From a virus (lineage: Duplodnaviria; Caudoviricetes), in the IMG/VR virus record IMGVR_UViG_3300042465_003931, positions 1-61,521 of that record: a DNA stretch of 61,521 bases. The stretch is one strand, 5' to 3'. Shown piece after piece: positions 34,992 to 44,419 of this stretch. Within the stretch, counting starts at the first letter, position 1. Every line of letters starts with the position of its first letter. Below the pieces are notes generated by a model. The model had not been told where the DNA came from, made no database searches, and was given only the letters and a program-made list of their open reading frames with translations. The translations under genes were made by a program, and so were the position numbers.

Positions 34992-35212
34992 TCCATCCCC
35001 TTCCACGCTGCCGCCGCCAGGACGGTGGTGAAGATCGCGACGACCACGACCCAGAACCACATCGTGTCCTCCTTCGGGTCCTCGTTCTCCTGCCCGATGT
35101 CGGTGCAGGACTCTGCTGCCTCGGGATAGCGCCCCTGCTGGTCCGCACCTTTGGGGAGTCGACGCACTGTCGGCTCGGTGCCATCGGAAAACTCAGTGTC
35201 TTCGTACTTCAC
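34988..35212 (-). CDS. small membrane protein
   Basis: GGAGG RBS; QQGRYPEAAE motif; C-terminal TM helix. Confidence 0.5.
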   Translation of the reverse strand: MKYEDTEFSDGTEPTVRRLPKGADQQGRYPEAAESCTDIGQENEDPKEDTMWFWVVVVAIFTTVLAAAAWKGME

Positions 35213-35463
35213 AATACCTCCTTGGGGATGTGGAGTAGGTCCTCCTTCAGCCGCTTGTGAAACGTCTCTTCGCTGTCGTCACTAGAGAGCAGGAAGTCGA
35301 TACGTTCTAGGTACACCGCTGCCGCCGTGAGCAGCACGAGTCCCTCGCGGAACTCTGCCAGAGTCTCCTTGCTGAACTCGTCATTGGTCTCGATGACGGA
35401 CGCAAGTCGGTCCGCCATGTTCTGCATGCGACACTGCTCGTAGTCGAAATACCCACCGCTCAT
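35209..35463 (-). CDS. hypothetical protein (MSGGYFDY type)
   Basis: AAGGAG RBS; RIDFLLS.DD.EETF..RL motif. Confidence 0.6.
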   Translation of the reverse strand: MSGGYFDYEQCRMQNMADRLASVIETNDEFSKETLAEFREGLVLLTAAAVYLERIDFLLSSDDSEETFHKRLKEDLLHIPKEVL

Positions 35464-35615
35464 ACCAACTCCTTTCTCGGCACATGCTGTGCCAGCAGCC
35501 ACTTGTCACCCAGCCGACGGAGGGCGCGTACCCATGCCCGCTGATTGTGCCGATCTAGGCGGCGGTCGCCCGAGGCCCACAGAGCCCGGGCACGGCGAAG
35601 TATTTTGGTGTTCAT
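35460..35615 (-). CDS. small Arg/Trp-rich protein
   Basis: MNTKILRRAR...WVRALRRLGDKWLLA; coupled. Confidence 0.5.
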   Translation of the reverse strand: MNTKILRRARALWASGDRRLDRHNQRAWVRALRRLGDKWLLAQHVPRKELV

Positions 35616-35923
35616 CAATCTTCCTTCACAAACGTTCCGTCCGGCATCAAGGTTCCTTTGCGGTCTTTGATCTGCTCGTAAGCATGTGCAAGGCAATCTT
35701 CCAACTTCATGTCGTGTAAAGCGGAGTAGTTGATTAAACAGACCAGAACGTCTCCGATGGCGTCCTTGATAGCCTCTCGGTCGCGTTTTCCCTCCGCATC
35801 GGCAAGCTCTCCCATCTCGGAGACCGCCTTCAGCAGTTGGCTTGCGGCTGTGGCGTTTGGGATGATCCGTCGAGCTTCCGCCCATCGGATCACTTCAAGT
35901 TCCAATGTGTTCCAACTCATCAC
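35615..35923 (-). CDS. MazG-like nucleotide pyrophosphohydrolase
   Basis: K..SEMGEL...DAIGD..V.L...CL..AY..IKDRKG...G.FVKE. Confidence 0.8.
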   Translation of the reverse strand: MMSWNTLELEVIRWAEARRIIPNATAASQLLKAVSEMGELADAEGKRDREAIKDAIGDVLVCLINYSALHDMKLEDCLAHAYEQIKDRKGTLMPDGTFVKED

Positions 35924-36011
35924 TTCTCCTTGATGTGTCTTGCGATTGTAGCGCAGTCCTGTTCGCTGTCAATAGCGCTATTACCATGAAGAAAACCACA
36001 CTCATCTATTG

Positions 36012-36239
36012 TTAGATCTCGTGTGATTTATTTGTTGTTTGGCGCAATTCATGCTCACGCAATCCTCTCCAGGGGAGGTTTTGAAAGCGAGACTCTGTGC
36101 TAAATAGCATAGCGTCTCTTATGGTTTTTGCGCCAAAATTCCATGACGTTCCGTTCCAATATGCGTATTCAATGGTTCCATAGTGGTCCCTTTGATAGAC
36201 GCCTATCCTGACTGGAGGATCTGTAAACCACGGAGTCAT
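36012..36239 (-). CDS. hypothetical protein (P.R.GVY.R...WRGL type)
   Basis: Motif pattern; operon position. Confidence 0.5.
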   Translation of the reverse strand: MTPWFTDPPVRIGVYQRDHYGTIEYAYWNGTSWNFGAKTIRDAMLFSTESRFQNLPWRGLREHELRQTTNKSHEI

Positions 36240-36317
36240 CGCTTGATATTCTTTTCGCTCTTAACGGGAGCACGCGATTGTTCTTGAAATGTCGGAGCCT
36301 TAGTGGCGATGCCTCTG

Positions 36318-36701
36318 TCAGATGCCCAAGCGCGCAATGCTTGCGCTTTCAGCCTCTGACTCTCCCGCATGGATTCGGGAGACAAGCTCTTTGGCAGAGG
36401 GGAAGATTTCTTTTTCATTTGAGATCACCAGTTGGTTGATGTCTTCTGTAAACACATCTCCGAAAGTCTTGCCGGACGGGAAAGACATTTTGGAAACGCG
36501 GTTCATTTTGATGATTGCGATGCAGTCTTCTATCGCCTTGTTGTACCCGGCAACAAATTTGTCCCCACCTGAAAGACGAGAATCGATTCCCTCCCTTACA
36601 AGTTGAGACATGGCAATCTCTGTTTCTTCCGAGACCTTCTTCAAGCGCTCATGTTGCTCGGGAGACAAGTAGGCCATAAACGGTTTCAGCCTAGAAATCA
36701 T
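36318..36701 (-). CDS. ribbon-helix-helix DNA-binding protein
   Basis: FMAYLSPEQHERLKKVSEETEIAMSQLVREGID. Confidence 0.6.
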   Translation of the reverse strand: MISRLKPFMAYLSPEQHERLKKVSEETEIAMSQLVREGIDSRLSGGDKFVAGYNKAIEDCIAIIKMNRVSKMSFPSGKTFGDVFTEDINQLVISNEKEIFPSAKELVSRIHAGESEAESASIARLGI

Positions 36702-37074
36702 CTTTTTCTCTTTCAAAGGCTTCGATGATTTCATCGAAAGCGGCTTGAGCCAGCCTGTTGCCATGTAGTTCGGTTCGAGATTCAATCCCGCACCGTTTAC
36801 ATAGCTCTTCGGCTGCTGCCATTTCGTTGGTCACCATCATGAATGTTTGGAACTTGGGATCTTTGCATATCATCCCGGCTCTTTGAACCCTGTTGTTGTA
36901 TGGCGTGGGAGACTCATCATCTTGGATTCTGACGAGAGCACACGCATACCTTGCCCCAACAAAATCCCGAATCAACTCTTCCGGGATTTCATCCGGGTGC
37001 AGGGACAGGCTCAATATAAAGCCTGTCCTGTCCTGCTTCAGGGCGATCTTGCGTGCTTCAAACTGAAGCGCCAC
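36691..37074 (-). CDS. hypothetical protein
   Basis: AG..C.DP.F..F...CGIESR.EL motif; operon position. Confidence 0.55.
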   Translation of the reverse strand: MALQFEARKIALKQDRTGFILSLSLHPDEIPEELIRDFVGARYACALVRIQDDESPTPYNNRVQRAGMICKDPKFQTFMMVTNEMAAAEELCKRCGIESRTELHGNRLAQAAFDEIIEAFEREKDDF

Positions 37075-37384
37075 GGACCATGCCCTTCAGGATCTTGATG
37101 GAGTTCTCCATCAGCATCATTTCCATCCGAAGTTCATCGATCTCGCGCTGGAGAGAGACCGCATCCCGGCGCGGCACCTCAATGATGGCCGTGGTGATGG
37201 TGCTCTTTGCGGGCCGACCGCGCTTCTTGGGTGCATTCATCTTGCGGCTCTTGAGATCGTAGATGTACTGCTTGGAGGTTCCAAGCGCTTTTGCCACCTC
37301 GGCGGCAGTAATTCCGGGCTGTTGTTTCAACATTTCCATAGCACGGGCGGCTTTGGAGGTGTTGGCGTCTTGTTGCTGTTCCAT
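37058..37384 (-). CDS. winged-HTH protein
   Basis: GAGG RBS; PGITAAEVAKALGTSKQYIY. Confidence 0.6.
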   Translation of the reverse strand: MEQQQDANTSKAARAMEMLKQQPGITAAEVAKALGTSKQYIYDLKSRKMNAPKKRGRPAKSTITTAIIEVPRRDAVSLQREIDELRMEMMLMENSIKILKGMVRGASV

Positions 37385-37393
37385 GTTTACCTC

Positions 37394-37681
37394 TTAAAAG
37401 GAAAAGTCGTCTTCGTCGGTTTGCGGCTTCGGCTTGGGTTGTGGAGCTTCGTCCCGCTTCTCATAGCGGTCGACAGCGATGGACAGGAACGTCTTCCCGC
37501 TTCGACCTTGCCTCTTCCACCCGGAAAGGCGGAAGATATGGAGCCCGCCCTCTTGTCTGACGGCGGTCAGGTTGCGAAGGTCGATGGCAATCTCCCCGGA
37601 GTAGTCCGGGCTCTTTTCGCTGCGCTTGTTGTCCTTTGCAAACAAGACACCAGAGTCTGGTCTTTGATCAGGCATTTGCAT
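37394..37681 (-). CDS. putative ssDNA-binding protein
   Basis: SGVLF...K..EK.PDY.G...LSGW...FLS; acidic aromatic tail DEDDFSF; next to Sak. Confidence 0.55.
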   Translation of the reverse strand: MQMPDQRPDSGVLFAKDNKRSEKSPDYSGEIAIDLRNLTAVRQEGGLHIFRLSGWKRQGRSGKTFLSIAVDRYEKRDEAPQPKPKPQTDEDDFSF

Positions 37682-38387
37682 TCTCCAGTTCAGCCTTCTT
37701 GTCGGCCATGACGGCCTTCACATGCTGGAACAGGTCAGGCCTTACCGTTTCCAGCTTTTTCAGGGACTCGATGTTCTTCTTCCAGTAAGAGCGCAGTCCG
37801 TCCAAGGACTTCACAATGATGACGTAGTTGACCATCAGTTGTGCAAAGTCCTCGGCGGCAAAACCCTCTTCTTCCTTTTTGTTTTCCAACTCTTTCTTGA
37901 CCTCCGGTTCCTTCTTGACCTCCGGCTTTGTCTCCGGCTCTTCATCATCGAAGGTTGGCGGCAGATCTTCGCCCTTGTAGATGTACAGACCCAACCCGAA
38001 CAAGCTCAGGCACTTGGTCATACACCGCATGATCGCGGTGTTTACATTGAACGCATCCAGCTTTTCAATGCGATCTTTGCCGAACTTGTCCTTGAGTGTT
38101 TTTCCCTCGACGCTGATGGGCTCGTTGCGCGAGTTCATAACCGGCAGCATGCACGCCCGGGTTGTGCCCTGGAGGGTCACCCGAACCCAAACTAGGGCGG
38201 TTCCGTTGACATCCATCCAGCATTTGACGTTGCCGTTCTCGTCTGTCCACGACTCAACATGGAACTGGGCATGAGGGTCGATCCTCAGCGCCTGCTCCCA
38301 GGCGTGTGACCACGACAAGTACGACAGGCCATTCTTCTTCTCGACGTACTTGTTTACATCGAGGGCGATAAGTTCGTTCGTGTTCAT
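37668..38387 (-). CDS. sak: Sak-type (DUF1071, Rad52-like) single-strand annealing protein
   Basis: EKKNGLSYLSW..AW, LPVM..RN, N.AIMRC.TK...LFGLGLYIY.GEDLP. Confidence 0.8.
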   Translation of the reverse strand: MNTNELIALDVNKYVEKKNGLSYLSWSHAWEQALRIDPHAQFHVESWTDENGNVKCWMDVNGTALVWVRVTLQGTTRACMLPVMNSRNEPISVEGKTLKDKFGKDRIEKLDAFNVNTAIMRCMTKCLSLFGLGLYIYKGEDLPPTFDDEEPETKPEVKKEPEVKKELENKKEEEGFAAEDFAQLMVNYVIIVKSLDGLRSYWKKNIESLKKLETVRPDLFQHVKAVMADKKAELENANA

Positions 38388-39244
38388 TCAACGGTTTCCT
38401 GAATGTATTGACTGCACCACTTTGCGACGCCGCAGAAGTTGCCAACGCAACGGCGCGGTTCTCCGGGTCTTGTTTCGACGTACCCCTTCTCTTTTTCTGC
38501 AAGCTCCTGCGCTTCATCAAGGCTCTTGAAGACGCGGATAGCGGTCTTCCTGCCCTCTCTGCGAACAGCGTAAGTGGTTTCGGACGCCCACCGCTCTTCG
38601 TCTGAGCACAGGTTGATGTCTTGGCCGAGCGCTGCTGCAAACTTGCTCTCTTCGTGAGCCTCCATCCGCTGGCGGATGTAGATCTCGGCATCCGAGTTGC
38701 TCCACATCGGGATGTTGACCATGACGATGGGGGCCTGGGGGTAGCCCTCCCGGTAGTCATGCCGGTTGTAGTCTCTGATCAATGCGCAGATCTTCAGGCC
38801 CACAACCTTCTGGTTCTTCTGCGTTTCAACGAGCCACTTGTAGATGTTCAGTTGTGTTGTCCAGTCGGACTTGTCGTTCATCACCGACCACGCAGAGGTG
38901 AACTTGTAGTCGATGATGACCACCCCGCCCTCGGTCTGCTGCTGGACATCGATGGCACCAGAGATGGTGATACCGTCGATCTGGGCGAAGATCCGCTCCT
39001 CTTGGATGTGGTCATCAAGCTGACCGCGCTCCATCACGACATGGAGGGCAGACCCCATAAGGGACCACAGCATCTCGCTGACATCCCTCTCCATTTCTTC
39101 TTTGTAGCGCTCCTGAAGCCTGCGAACGCGCACGGGAGACATCAGCTCCGTCACGCTGTACTCGGCCTTGCCCTTGCTGTAGTATTCCCGCGACGCCAGG
39201 GCGACTAGCGTCTCAGGCACCCCGAACTTGTTGGTGATCTTCAT
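38384..39244 (-). CDS. PD-(D/E)XK exonuclease (Cas4/RecB-like)
   Basis: GGAGG RBS; G.ALH, E.R, ISG.ID, IIDYK, QLN.Y; C-terminal Cys cluster. Confidence 0.8.
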   Translation of the reverse strand: MKITNKFGVPETLVALASREYYSKGKAEYSVTELMSPVRVRRLQERYKEEMERDVSEMLWSLMGSALHVVMERGQLDDHIQEERIFAQIDGITISGAIDVQQQTEGGVVIIDYKFTSAWSVMNDKSDWTTQLNIYKWLVETQKNQKVVGLKICALIRDYNRHDYREGYPQAPIVMVNIPMWSNSDAEIYIRQRMEAHEESKFAAALGQDINLCSDEERWASETTYAVRREGRKTAIRVFKSLDEAQELAEKEKGYVETRPGEPRRCVGNFCGVAKWCSQYIQETVE

Positions 39245-39254
39245 GGAACCTCCG

Positions 39255-39704
39255 ATGTGTCCGCATGATAGCGCAAGCGAACAGCCCTTGCAATCCCTAT
39301 CGCTGATAATTTTTGGTGAGCCCGCATCGAAGGCCAACAGTCGGCGGGTGGTCAGGATTGGCGGCACCTCTAGGCTGATCAAGAGCCAGAAGGCCTTGAC
39401 CTACGCGGAGTTGTTTAGACAGCAGGCGGGGGAGGACAGGTGCATGGACGGTGACGTGCGGGTCACCCTACACATCTGGTACGCGTCCAGAAGGCCGGAC
39501 CTTGATGAGTCACTTATCTTGGATCTGCTCCAGGGAGTTGCCTACCGCAACGACAGGCAGGTCAAAGAGAAGCACATCTACTGGCATCTCGATCCATCGA
39601 ACCCGCGAACCAACATCGTTGTGGAGCAGATGGAAAAAAAAGACCCCGAACACGGTCGGGGTCGAAAGCGGCTCACGGGCCGCACAGGAGGGAGACGCAC
39701 CTGA
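39255..39704 (+). CDS. rusA: RusA-like Holliday junction resolvase
   Basis: GEPASKAN, RRPDLD...ILDLLQG..Y.NDRQV. Start codon uncertain. Confidence 0.8.
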   Translation: MCPHDSASEQPLQSLSLIIFGEPASKANSRRVVRIGGTSRLIKSQKALTYAELFRQQAGEDRCMDGDVRVTLHIWYASRRPDLDESLILDLLQGVAYRNDRQVKEKHIYWHLDPSNPRTNIVVEQMEKKDPEHGRGRKRLTGRTGGRRT

Positions 39705-39730
39705 TTGATGCGTAGTGTAGCACCGGAAGG

Positions 39731-39833
39731 TGGACAGGTTGGACAGGATGGACGCCCTTTTGGATAAATCCTTCCGAACGGGCACCGGAGACAAGGGGTC
39801 GCAAAACGTCGATCATCCTGTCCAACCTGTCCA
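39731..39833. repeat. 20-bp perfect inverted repeat made of TGGACAGG units (candidate origin)
   Basis: TGGACAGGTTGGACAGGATG 39731-39750 / CATCCTGTCCAACCTGTCCA 39814-39833. Confidence 0.85.
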
Positions 39834-39919
39834 AAACATGCGTGTAAACCACATGATCGGCGACTGGTACGGCATGTAAACGCAAAAAATGTCGCGTTAG
39901 CGACAAAGCCCTATAGAGC

Positions 39920-39947
39920 TTGACAACCGCTGTGGATGTGGTACAGT
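39920..39947 (+). promoter_or_regulatory. sigma70-type promoter of the replication operon
   Basis: TTGACA-16-TACAGT with TG extension. Confidence 0.65.
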
Positions 39948-39954
39948 GGATCTT

Positions 39955-40340
39955 GTTGGCGTGAGAACCGACGTTCGGAGCCCTTGCTCATCGACCCGCC
40001 CCCCAGCCCCCGGGGGGTTCTCACCGGGTCGAGTAGCAAGGGCTTTGTCGTTTCTGCACCAACCGTACTCCGCACGACAGCAAGGGGTCTAGAGTGCCTG
40101 CGCGGAAGAAAAGCTCTACACGGTAAGCCGTGGGCTTGATGATGACGATGTGTGTGACAAGTCTTGCTGTGGCTCCCTTAAGTGCAGCCGTCTGGCTACA
40201 GCAAGGCTCTGCTAAATGGGTGCGACTCCCTGTGTCACTCCGAGTCGCCGTCATCATCAAGCCTATGGCCGGGGGCAGTTCCCGTAGAACCCGTGCGGCT
40301 AGCCGTAACCTCAAGCCGGGGGGTGTCTGAAAAGGCACAT
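39955..40340 (+). ncRNA. long structured leader / attenuator-like RNA
   Basis: Hairpin 39979-40044 followed by T-rich tail; 15-bp stem 40133-40147/40249-40263 with nested stems; no convincing ORF. Confidence 0.5.
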
Positions 40341-40404
40341 GAGGTTCCCGAAAGGGGGTGATCCTCTCCGTACTTCACTGTTTACAGTGGGGTAGGGGGA
40401 GCCT

Positions 40405-40665
40405 TTGGGTGATCTCCGCCAACTGGTGGGGTGTTTTGTGGAGATGCACATGGAAGAAGGAAAAGATGAAGCAATGGAGTTTCTCCGGAAACTACCGGAG
40501 GACATTGCGTCAGGCCGTCGCAGGTCTGTTCTTGTGTCTGTGATGGATGGTCATTTGGTCCTCAGTCAGTTTGGCGTGCCTGATGAAGAGGCGCTGTCCA
40601 TGCTGATGCAGGCCATTCAGGTCTACCAGCTGGTCATGCTGGTAGACGAGACAGAGGTTCATTGA
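40405..40665 (+). CDS. hypothetical protein (true start probably ~40444-40450)
   Basis: GGAG RBS near 40440; first ORF after the leader. Confidence 0.5.
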   Translation: MGDLRQLVGCFVEMHMEEGKDEAMEFLRKLPEDIASGRRRSVLVSVMDGHLVLSQFGVPDEEALSMLMQAIQVYQLVMLVDETEVH

Positions 40666-40676
40666 AAGGGTAGATC

Positions 40677-41003
40677 ATGAGGATGGACGCTGAACGTAGC
40701 GCCCTTGGGAGAGACCAGGGCATTGCCATCGCGGAAGAGAACGCGGGCATCACGTGGAACCAGAGGGCGACTCAGATCGCCCTTTCCTTTTTCAGAGCCG
40801 CCGGTTCCGAAGGCGCTTTGTTTGAAGACGCCCGGGCGTATGCGGAGTTCCTTGAACTGCCGCCGCCACCATCGCCGAACGCCTGGGGGGCGGTAGCAAA
40901 CTGGTTGAGCAGGAACAACCTGATCGTGAAGACTGGCGTTTACAGGAAGAGCCGGTCGATCAGGAGTCACGCAAGAGAACAACCTGTATGGAGGGTGAAG
41001 TGA
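40677..41003 (+). CDS. hypothetical, winged-helix-like protein
   Basis: NAWGAV......LI..TG..R.S....HAR..PVW. Confidence 0.55.
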   Translation: MRMDAERSALGRDQGIAIAEENAGITWNQRATQIALSFFRAAGSEGALFEDARAYAEFLELPPPPSPNAWGAVANWLSRNNLIVKTGVYRKSRSIRSHAREQPVWRVK

Positions 41004-41416
41004 ACCTCGATGCAATGGAGACCCTGTACAAGAAGGTTGGACGTAGGTACATCCCTGTAGGTACGGCCATCCGTTTGCACGACCATTACGACAACTTCCT
41101 CAAGGCCGGTCAATGGAGGATGGAGTACTGCCCCAGAGATGGGCGGGGCAGGTTCTGGTATAGGGTTTCCCCTGATTGTGCAAGCTGGTCGGCGGCGGCT
41201 ATGCTGGCCGAAGACGCAATGATCGAGGCGATCAACAAGGCGGGAACAGCCAAGCTACATGGCAGCATTCCTATGAGCAAGAAACAGCAGGATGCCGTTG
41301 CCAAAGCTACAGAGATCCTGAAAGAGGTTGGTCTGCTTCGGCCTTTGTGGTGGGAACACAGTTCTGCCTATGACATTGCTCAGGCAGGCATAGACGCAGT
41401 GAAGGAGTGGAAATGA
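41000..41416 (+). CDS. hypothetical protein (LYKKVGRRY.P type)
   Basis: Coupled ORF; start uncertain. Confidence 0.55.
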   Translation: MNLDAMETLYKKVGRRYIPVGTAIRLHDHYDNFLKAGQWRMEYCPRDGRGRFWYRVSPDCASWSAAAMLAEDAMIEAINKAGTAKLHGSIPMSKKQQDAVAKATEILKEVGLLRPLWWEHSSAYDIAQAGIDAVKEWK

Positions 41417-41685
41417 GCACGCCGGGTCCGTGGAAGTGGTTTGAGACTGAAGATGGCAGATGCCGCATCAATCCAAAGGGCGGCGGTCTTGTGATTGCCG
41501 AGTGCGCGGTGATGGAGCCATTCAGCGAAGAGCAGCGTTCAAACGCTCGCTTGATCGCTGCCGCGCCGGATTTGCTGGAGGCATTGCGCAGTCTGGAGCT
41601 ATCGGCTGATTTGCCCGCCATGTTCAACGATCCAGTGCGAGTTAAAGCCCGCGCCGCCATTGCCAAAGTACATGGCGACGCATGA
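41413..41685 (+). CDS. hypothetical protein (TPGPW / NARLIAAAPDLLEAL family)
   Basis: AAGGAG RBS; hallmark motifs. Confidence 0.7.
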   Translation: MSTPGPWKWFETEDGRCRINPKGGGLVIAECAVMEPFSEEQRSNARLIAAAPDLLEALRSLELSADLPAMFNDPVRVKARAAIAKVHGDA

Positions 41686-42167
41686 GAAAGAAGAAGGCCA
41701 CGCCACGCGGGCACATCAACCCGATGGCACACCTGACAACCATGATGGGCGTATCCCTGCTGTCAAAGGATGACAGGACCGTGTGGGCACTTGAGATGAG
41801 GGCGGCTCTCGATGCGGTGCGGGAAGCCAAGGCGACCAGGGATCACTGGAACACCATTTTCAACTCGGTCAATCTGGCAGAAGAATTTTCCCGGATGGGG
41901 CTGGTGACCGATCCTGACGGCATTCTGAAGGATGCCGAGAAAGCATGCGAACAGATCATCAAGCGGCAAAAGACAGGGGTGCTATCTGTAAGGGCAAGTG
42001 AACTTGCTGCTCTTCGTGCTCTTGAGTCGGCAATGATCGACGTGCTTGGTAGCGTCACAAACTCAGAGCGTTTCAACGCAGAAGAACGCGTGCGGGCAAG
42101 GACGCAGGCCGCTTTGAACGGATCTGTTCCCGGCGCAATCGTGTTGGAGTATCAAGATGAGCGATGA
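41682..42167 (+). CDS. hypothetical protein
   Basis: ATGA-coupled; helical. Confidence 0.55.
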   Translation: MRKKKATPRGHINPMAHLTTMMGVSLLSKDDRTVWALEMRAALDAVREAKATRDHWNTIFNSVNLAEEFSRMGLVTDPDGILKDAEKACEQIIKRQKTGVLSVRASELAALRALESAMIDVLGSVTNSERFNAEERVRARTQAALNGSVPGAIVLEYQDER

Positions 42168-42480
42168 AGACAAGACCCTTCAACTGATGAATCAGACCTC
42201 TGGCGCACATTGGGGAGATCATGCCCACTTCCTGCGCTTCGCCAAGGCTCTCAATGATCAGGCGTGGGTGGAGCAGATGAGGCTGCGTCACGCCATGAAC
42301 GATCAGGTACTCAAGTCCTACAACAACGGTAGGCAGGACGAGGCTTTTCAGTGGGGATTGCTTTTCGATCAACACATTTACACAGACTGCCCGAACATCG
42401 AGCATCCCGGGCGTCGACGGCCAGACTGTCCTGTCTGCCAGGAAATGGAACCAAATTGGATGCCATCACTTAAGGAGTAG
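42157..42480 (+). CDS. hypothetical protein
   Basis: GGAG RBS; C-terminal C...H....CPVC. Confidence 0.5.
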   Translation: MSDEDKTLQLMNQTSGAHWGDHAHFLRFAKALNDQAWVEQMRLRHAMNDQVLKSYNNGRQDEAFQWGLLFDQHIYTDCPNIEHPGRRRPDCPVCQEMEPNWMPSLKE

Positions 42481-42482
42481 TC

Positions 42483-42743
42483 ATGCCATCGTCACCAGGG
42501 TACAAGAGGAACTACGAGCAAGAGTACAAAACGCAAGTAGGTAGGGAAGAGCATCCGAGCAGGATGGAAAGACAAAAAGCCCGCCGAAAGATGGATGCAA
42601 ACGGCGTTGACCGGGCGGGCAAGGATGTCTCTCATAAGAAAGCTCTATCCAAGGGCGGCAAGAACAATGACGGGGTGAAGCTCCAATCCCCATCCAAGAA
42701 CAGGAGCTTCCCGAGAACCAAGTCTGGAGCGATGCGTGATTGA
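42483..42743 (+). CDS. small HNH-like protein
   Basis: AAGGAG RBS; RNY..EY, ARR, GKDVSHK..LSKGG.N......S.S.NRS. Confidence 0.55.
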   Translation: MPSSPGYKRNYEQEYKTQVGREEHPSRMERQKARRKMDANGVDRAGKDVSHKKALSKGGKNNDGVKLQSPSKNRSFPRTKSGAMRD

Positions 42744-44412
42744 GGCACTGGTTGAAGGCCTTGGCTTCAACGATCACGCGAGAGTGGCGTGTCCTTTTTG
42801 CACGCCCGACCGGAAGAAAAGTAGATCAAAGGACATGAGCCTGACCCGCTCTGACGGCGCGGTGCTGTACTTTTGCCACCACTGTGGTGAAAGGGGCTCA
42901 GTTCAAAACAGGAGAAAGATCTTGTCAGTGGTTCCAAGCCCGAAGGTTTTGCAGAACAAGTTGGATCTGACGCACCGCCAATGGCTACAGGGTCGAGGCA
43001 TTTCAGAGGCCACAGCAGAGAAGGCAAAGCTGTTCTCGGCCCGCAAGTGGTTCGACAAGTTGAACCGGGAGGAGGCTTGTGTTGGCTTTCCCTACTTCAG
43101 GGACGGATCGTTGGTCGCGGTCAAGTACCGCGCCATCTCTGAGAAGGCATTTACACAAGACTCCGGTGGGGCGCATGACTTCTTTGGCGCGGATCTCGTA
43201 GATCCATCGAAGCCTCTCGTCATCGTTGAGGGGGAGGTGGACGCTCTGTCTCTGATGGAGGCAGGAGTTGAGAATGCGGTGTCAGTACCGGGCGGTGCGC
43301 CGGTCAAGGTGGCAGACGGCAAGGTACGCCCAAGCGAAGACAAGAAGTTCGCGTTCGTCTGGAATGCAAACGCCCTGCTTGAGAAGGTTCCCTACGTCGT
43401 TCTCGCCACGGATCAAGACGGACCCGGTCAGGCTTTGGCCGAAGAATTGGCAAGACGGATAGGCAAAGAGAAGTGCCGCCTTGCAAAGTTCTCCGGAAAA
43501 GATCTGAACGACGTACTCAATGACCCCTCACGGGGATCGCAAGCGGTACGGGACATCATCGATGCGGCCCAGCCTTACCCGATCAGCGGTCTTTCGGACG
43601 CGTCGACATACAGGGACAGGCTGGACGATCTGTTCTCCAAGGGAACGGGCAAGGGATCAAGCACCGGCTACCAATCGCTCGACGGCATTTACACAGTCGC
43701 GCCGGGGCAGTTGACCGTGGTCACTGGGTATCCATCCAGTGGCAAATCAAACTTTGTAGATCAGTTGATGGTCAACCTTGCCAAAGGGGAAGACTGGAAG
43801 TTTGCCATTTGTAGTTTCGAGAACCAGCCGGAGATCCACATCAGCAGACTGATGGAGATTTACACGCGCAAAAGATTCTTCGACGGGCGGGACAGGATGA
43901 CAGACCAAGAGAAGGACGACGCCTTTGAATGGGTCCAAGAGCACTTTCTGTTCATTGATTCTCAAGGAGAAGAGCCAAGCACACTCGACTCCATCCTTGA
44001 TCGAGCGCGGGCGGCTGTCAAACGAATGGGCGTAAGAGGTCTGGTGATCGACCCTTACAACTACATTGACCTCAACAAGGGAGAAGACTCCGAAACAAAC
44101 GCAATCAGCAACATGCTGACCCGGGTGCAGAAATTCTGCAAAGCGCACGATGTACACGTCTGGTTCGTTGCTCACCCATCCAAGATGTCCCGGTCAGGAA
44201 ATGACCAACCGAGACCGGACGGAATGAGCATCAGCGGATCAATGGCATGGTGGGCAAAGACAGATTGCGGATTGACAGTCCACAGAGCGGAGAAGTGTGT
44301 GGAAATAGCGGTGTGGAAGTGCCGCTACAGATGGGTTGGAACGCAGGGCGAAACGTCCCTGCTCTACAACAAAGTGGCAGGCACCTACTCTGAAGACCTT
44401 GACAAATTTTGA
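42736..44412 (+). CDS. primase-helicase (T7 gp4/Twinkle-like)
   Basis: Zn finger CPFC...CHHC; TOPRIM EGEVD and D.D; SF4 helicase Walker A GYPSSGKS, VIDPY, VAHPSK. Confidence 0.9.
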   Translation: MIEALVEGLGFNDHARVACPFCTPDRKKSRSKDMSLTRSDGAVLYFCHHCGERGSVQNRRKILSVVPSPKVLQNKLDLTHRQWLQGRGISEATAEKAKLFSARKWFDKLNREEACVGFPYFRDGSLVAVKYRAISEKAFTQDSGGAHDFFGADLVDPSKPLVIVEGEVDALSLMEAGVENAVSVPGGAPVKVADGKVRPSEDKKFAFVWNANALLEKVPYVVLATDQDGPGQALAEELARRIGKEKCRLAKFSGKDLNDVLNDPSRGSQAVRDIIDAAQPYPISGLSDASTYRDRLDDLFSKGTGKGSSTGYQSLDGIYTVAPGQLTVVTGYPSSGKSNFVDQLMVNLAKGEDWKFAICSFENQPEIHISRLMEIYTRKRFFDGRDRMTDQEKDDAFEWVQEHFLFIDSQGEEPSTLDSILDRARAAVKRMGVRGLVIDPYNYIDLNKGEDSETNAISNMLTRVQKFCKAHDVHVWFVAHPSKMSRSGNDQPRPDGMSISGSMAWWAKTDCGLTVHRAEKCVEIAVWKCRYRWVGTQGETSLLYNKVAGTYSEDLDKF

Positions 44413-44419
44413 GGGCACC

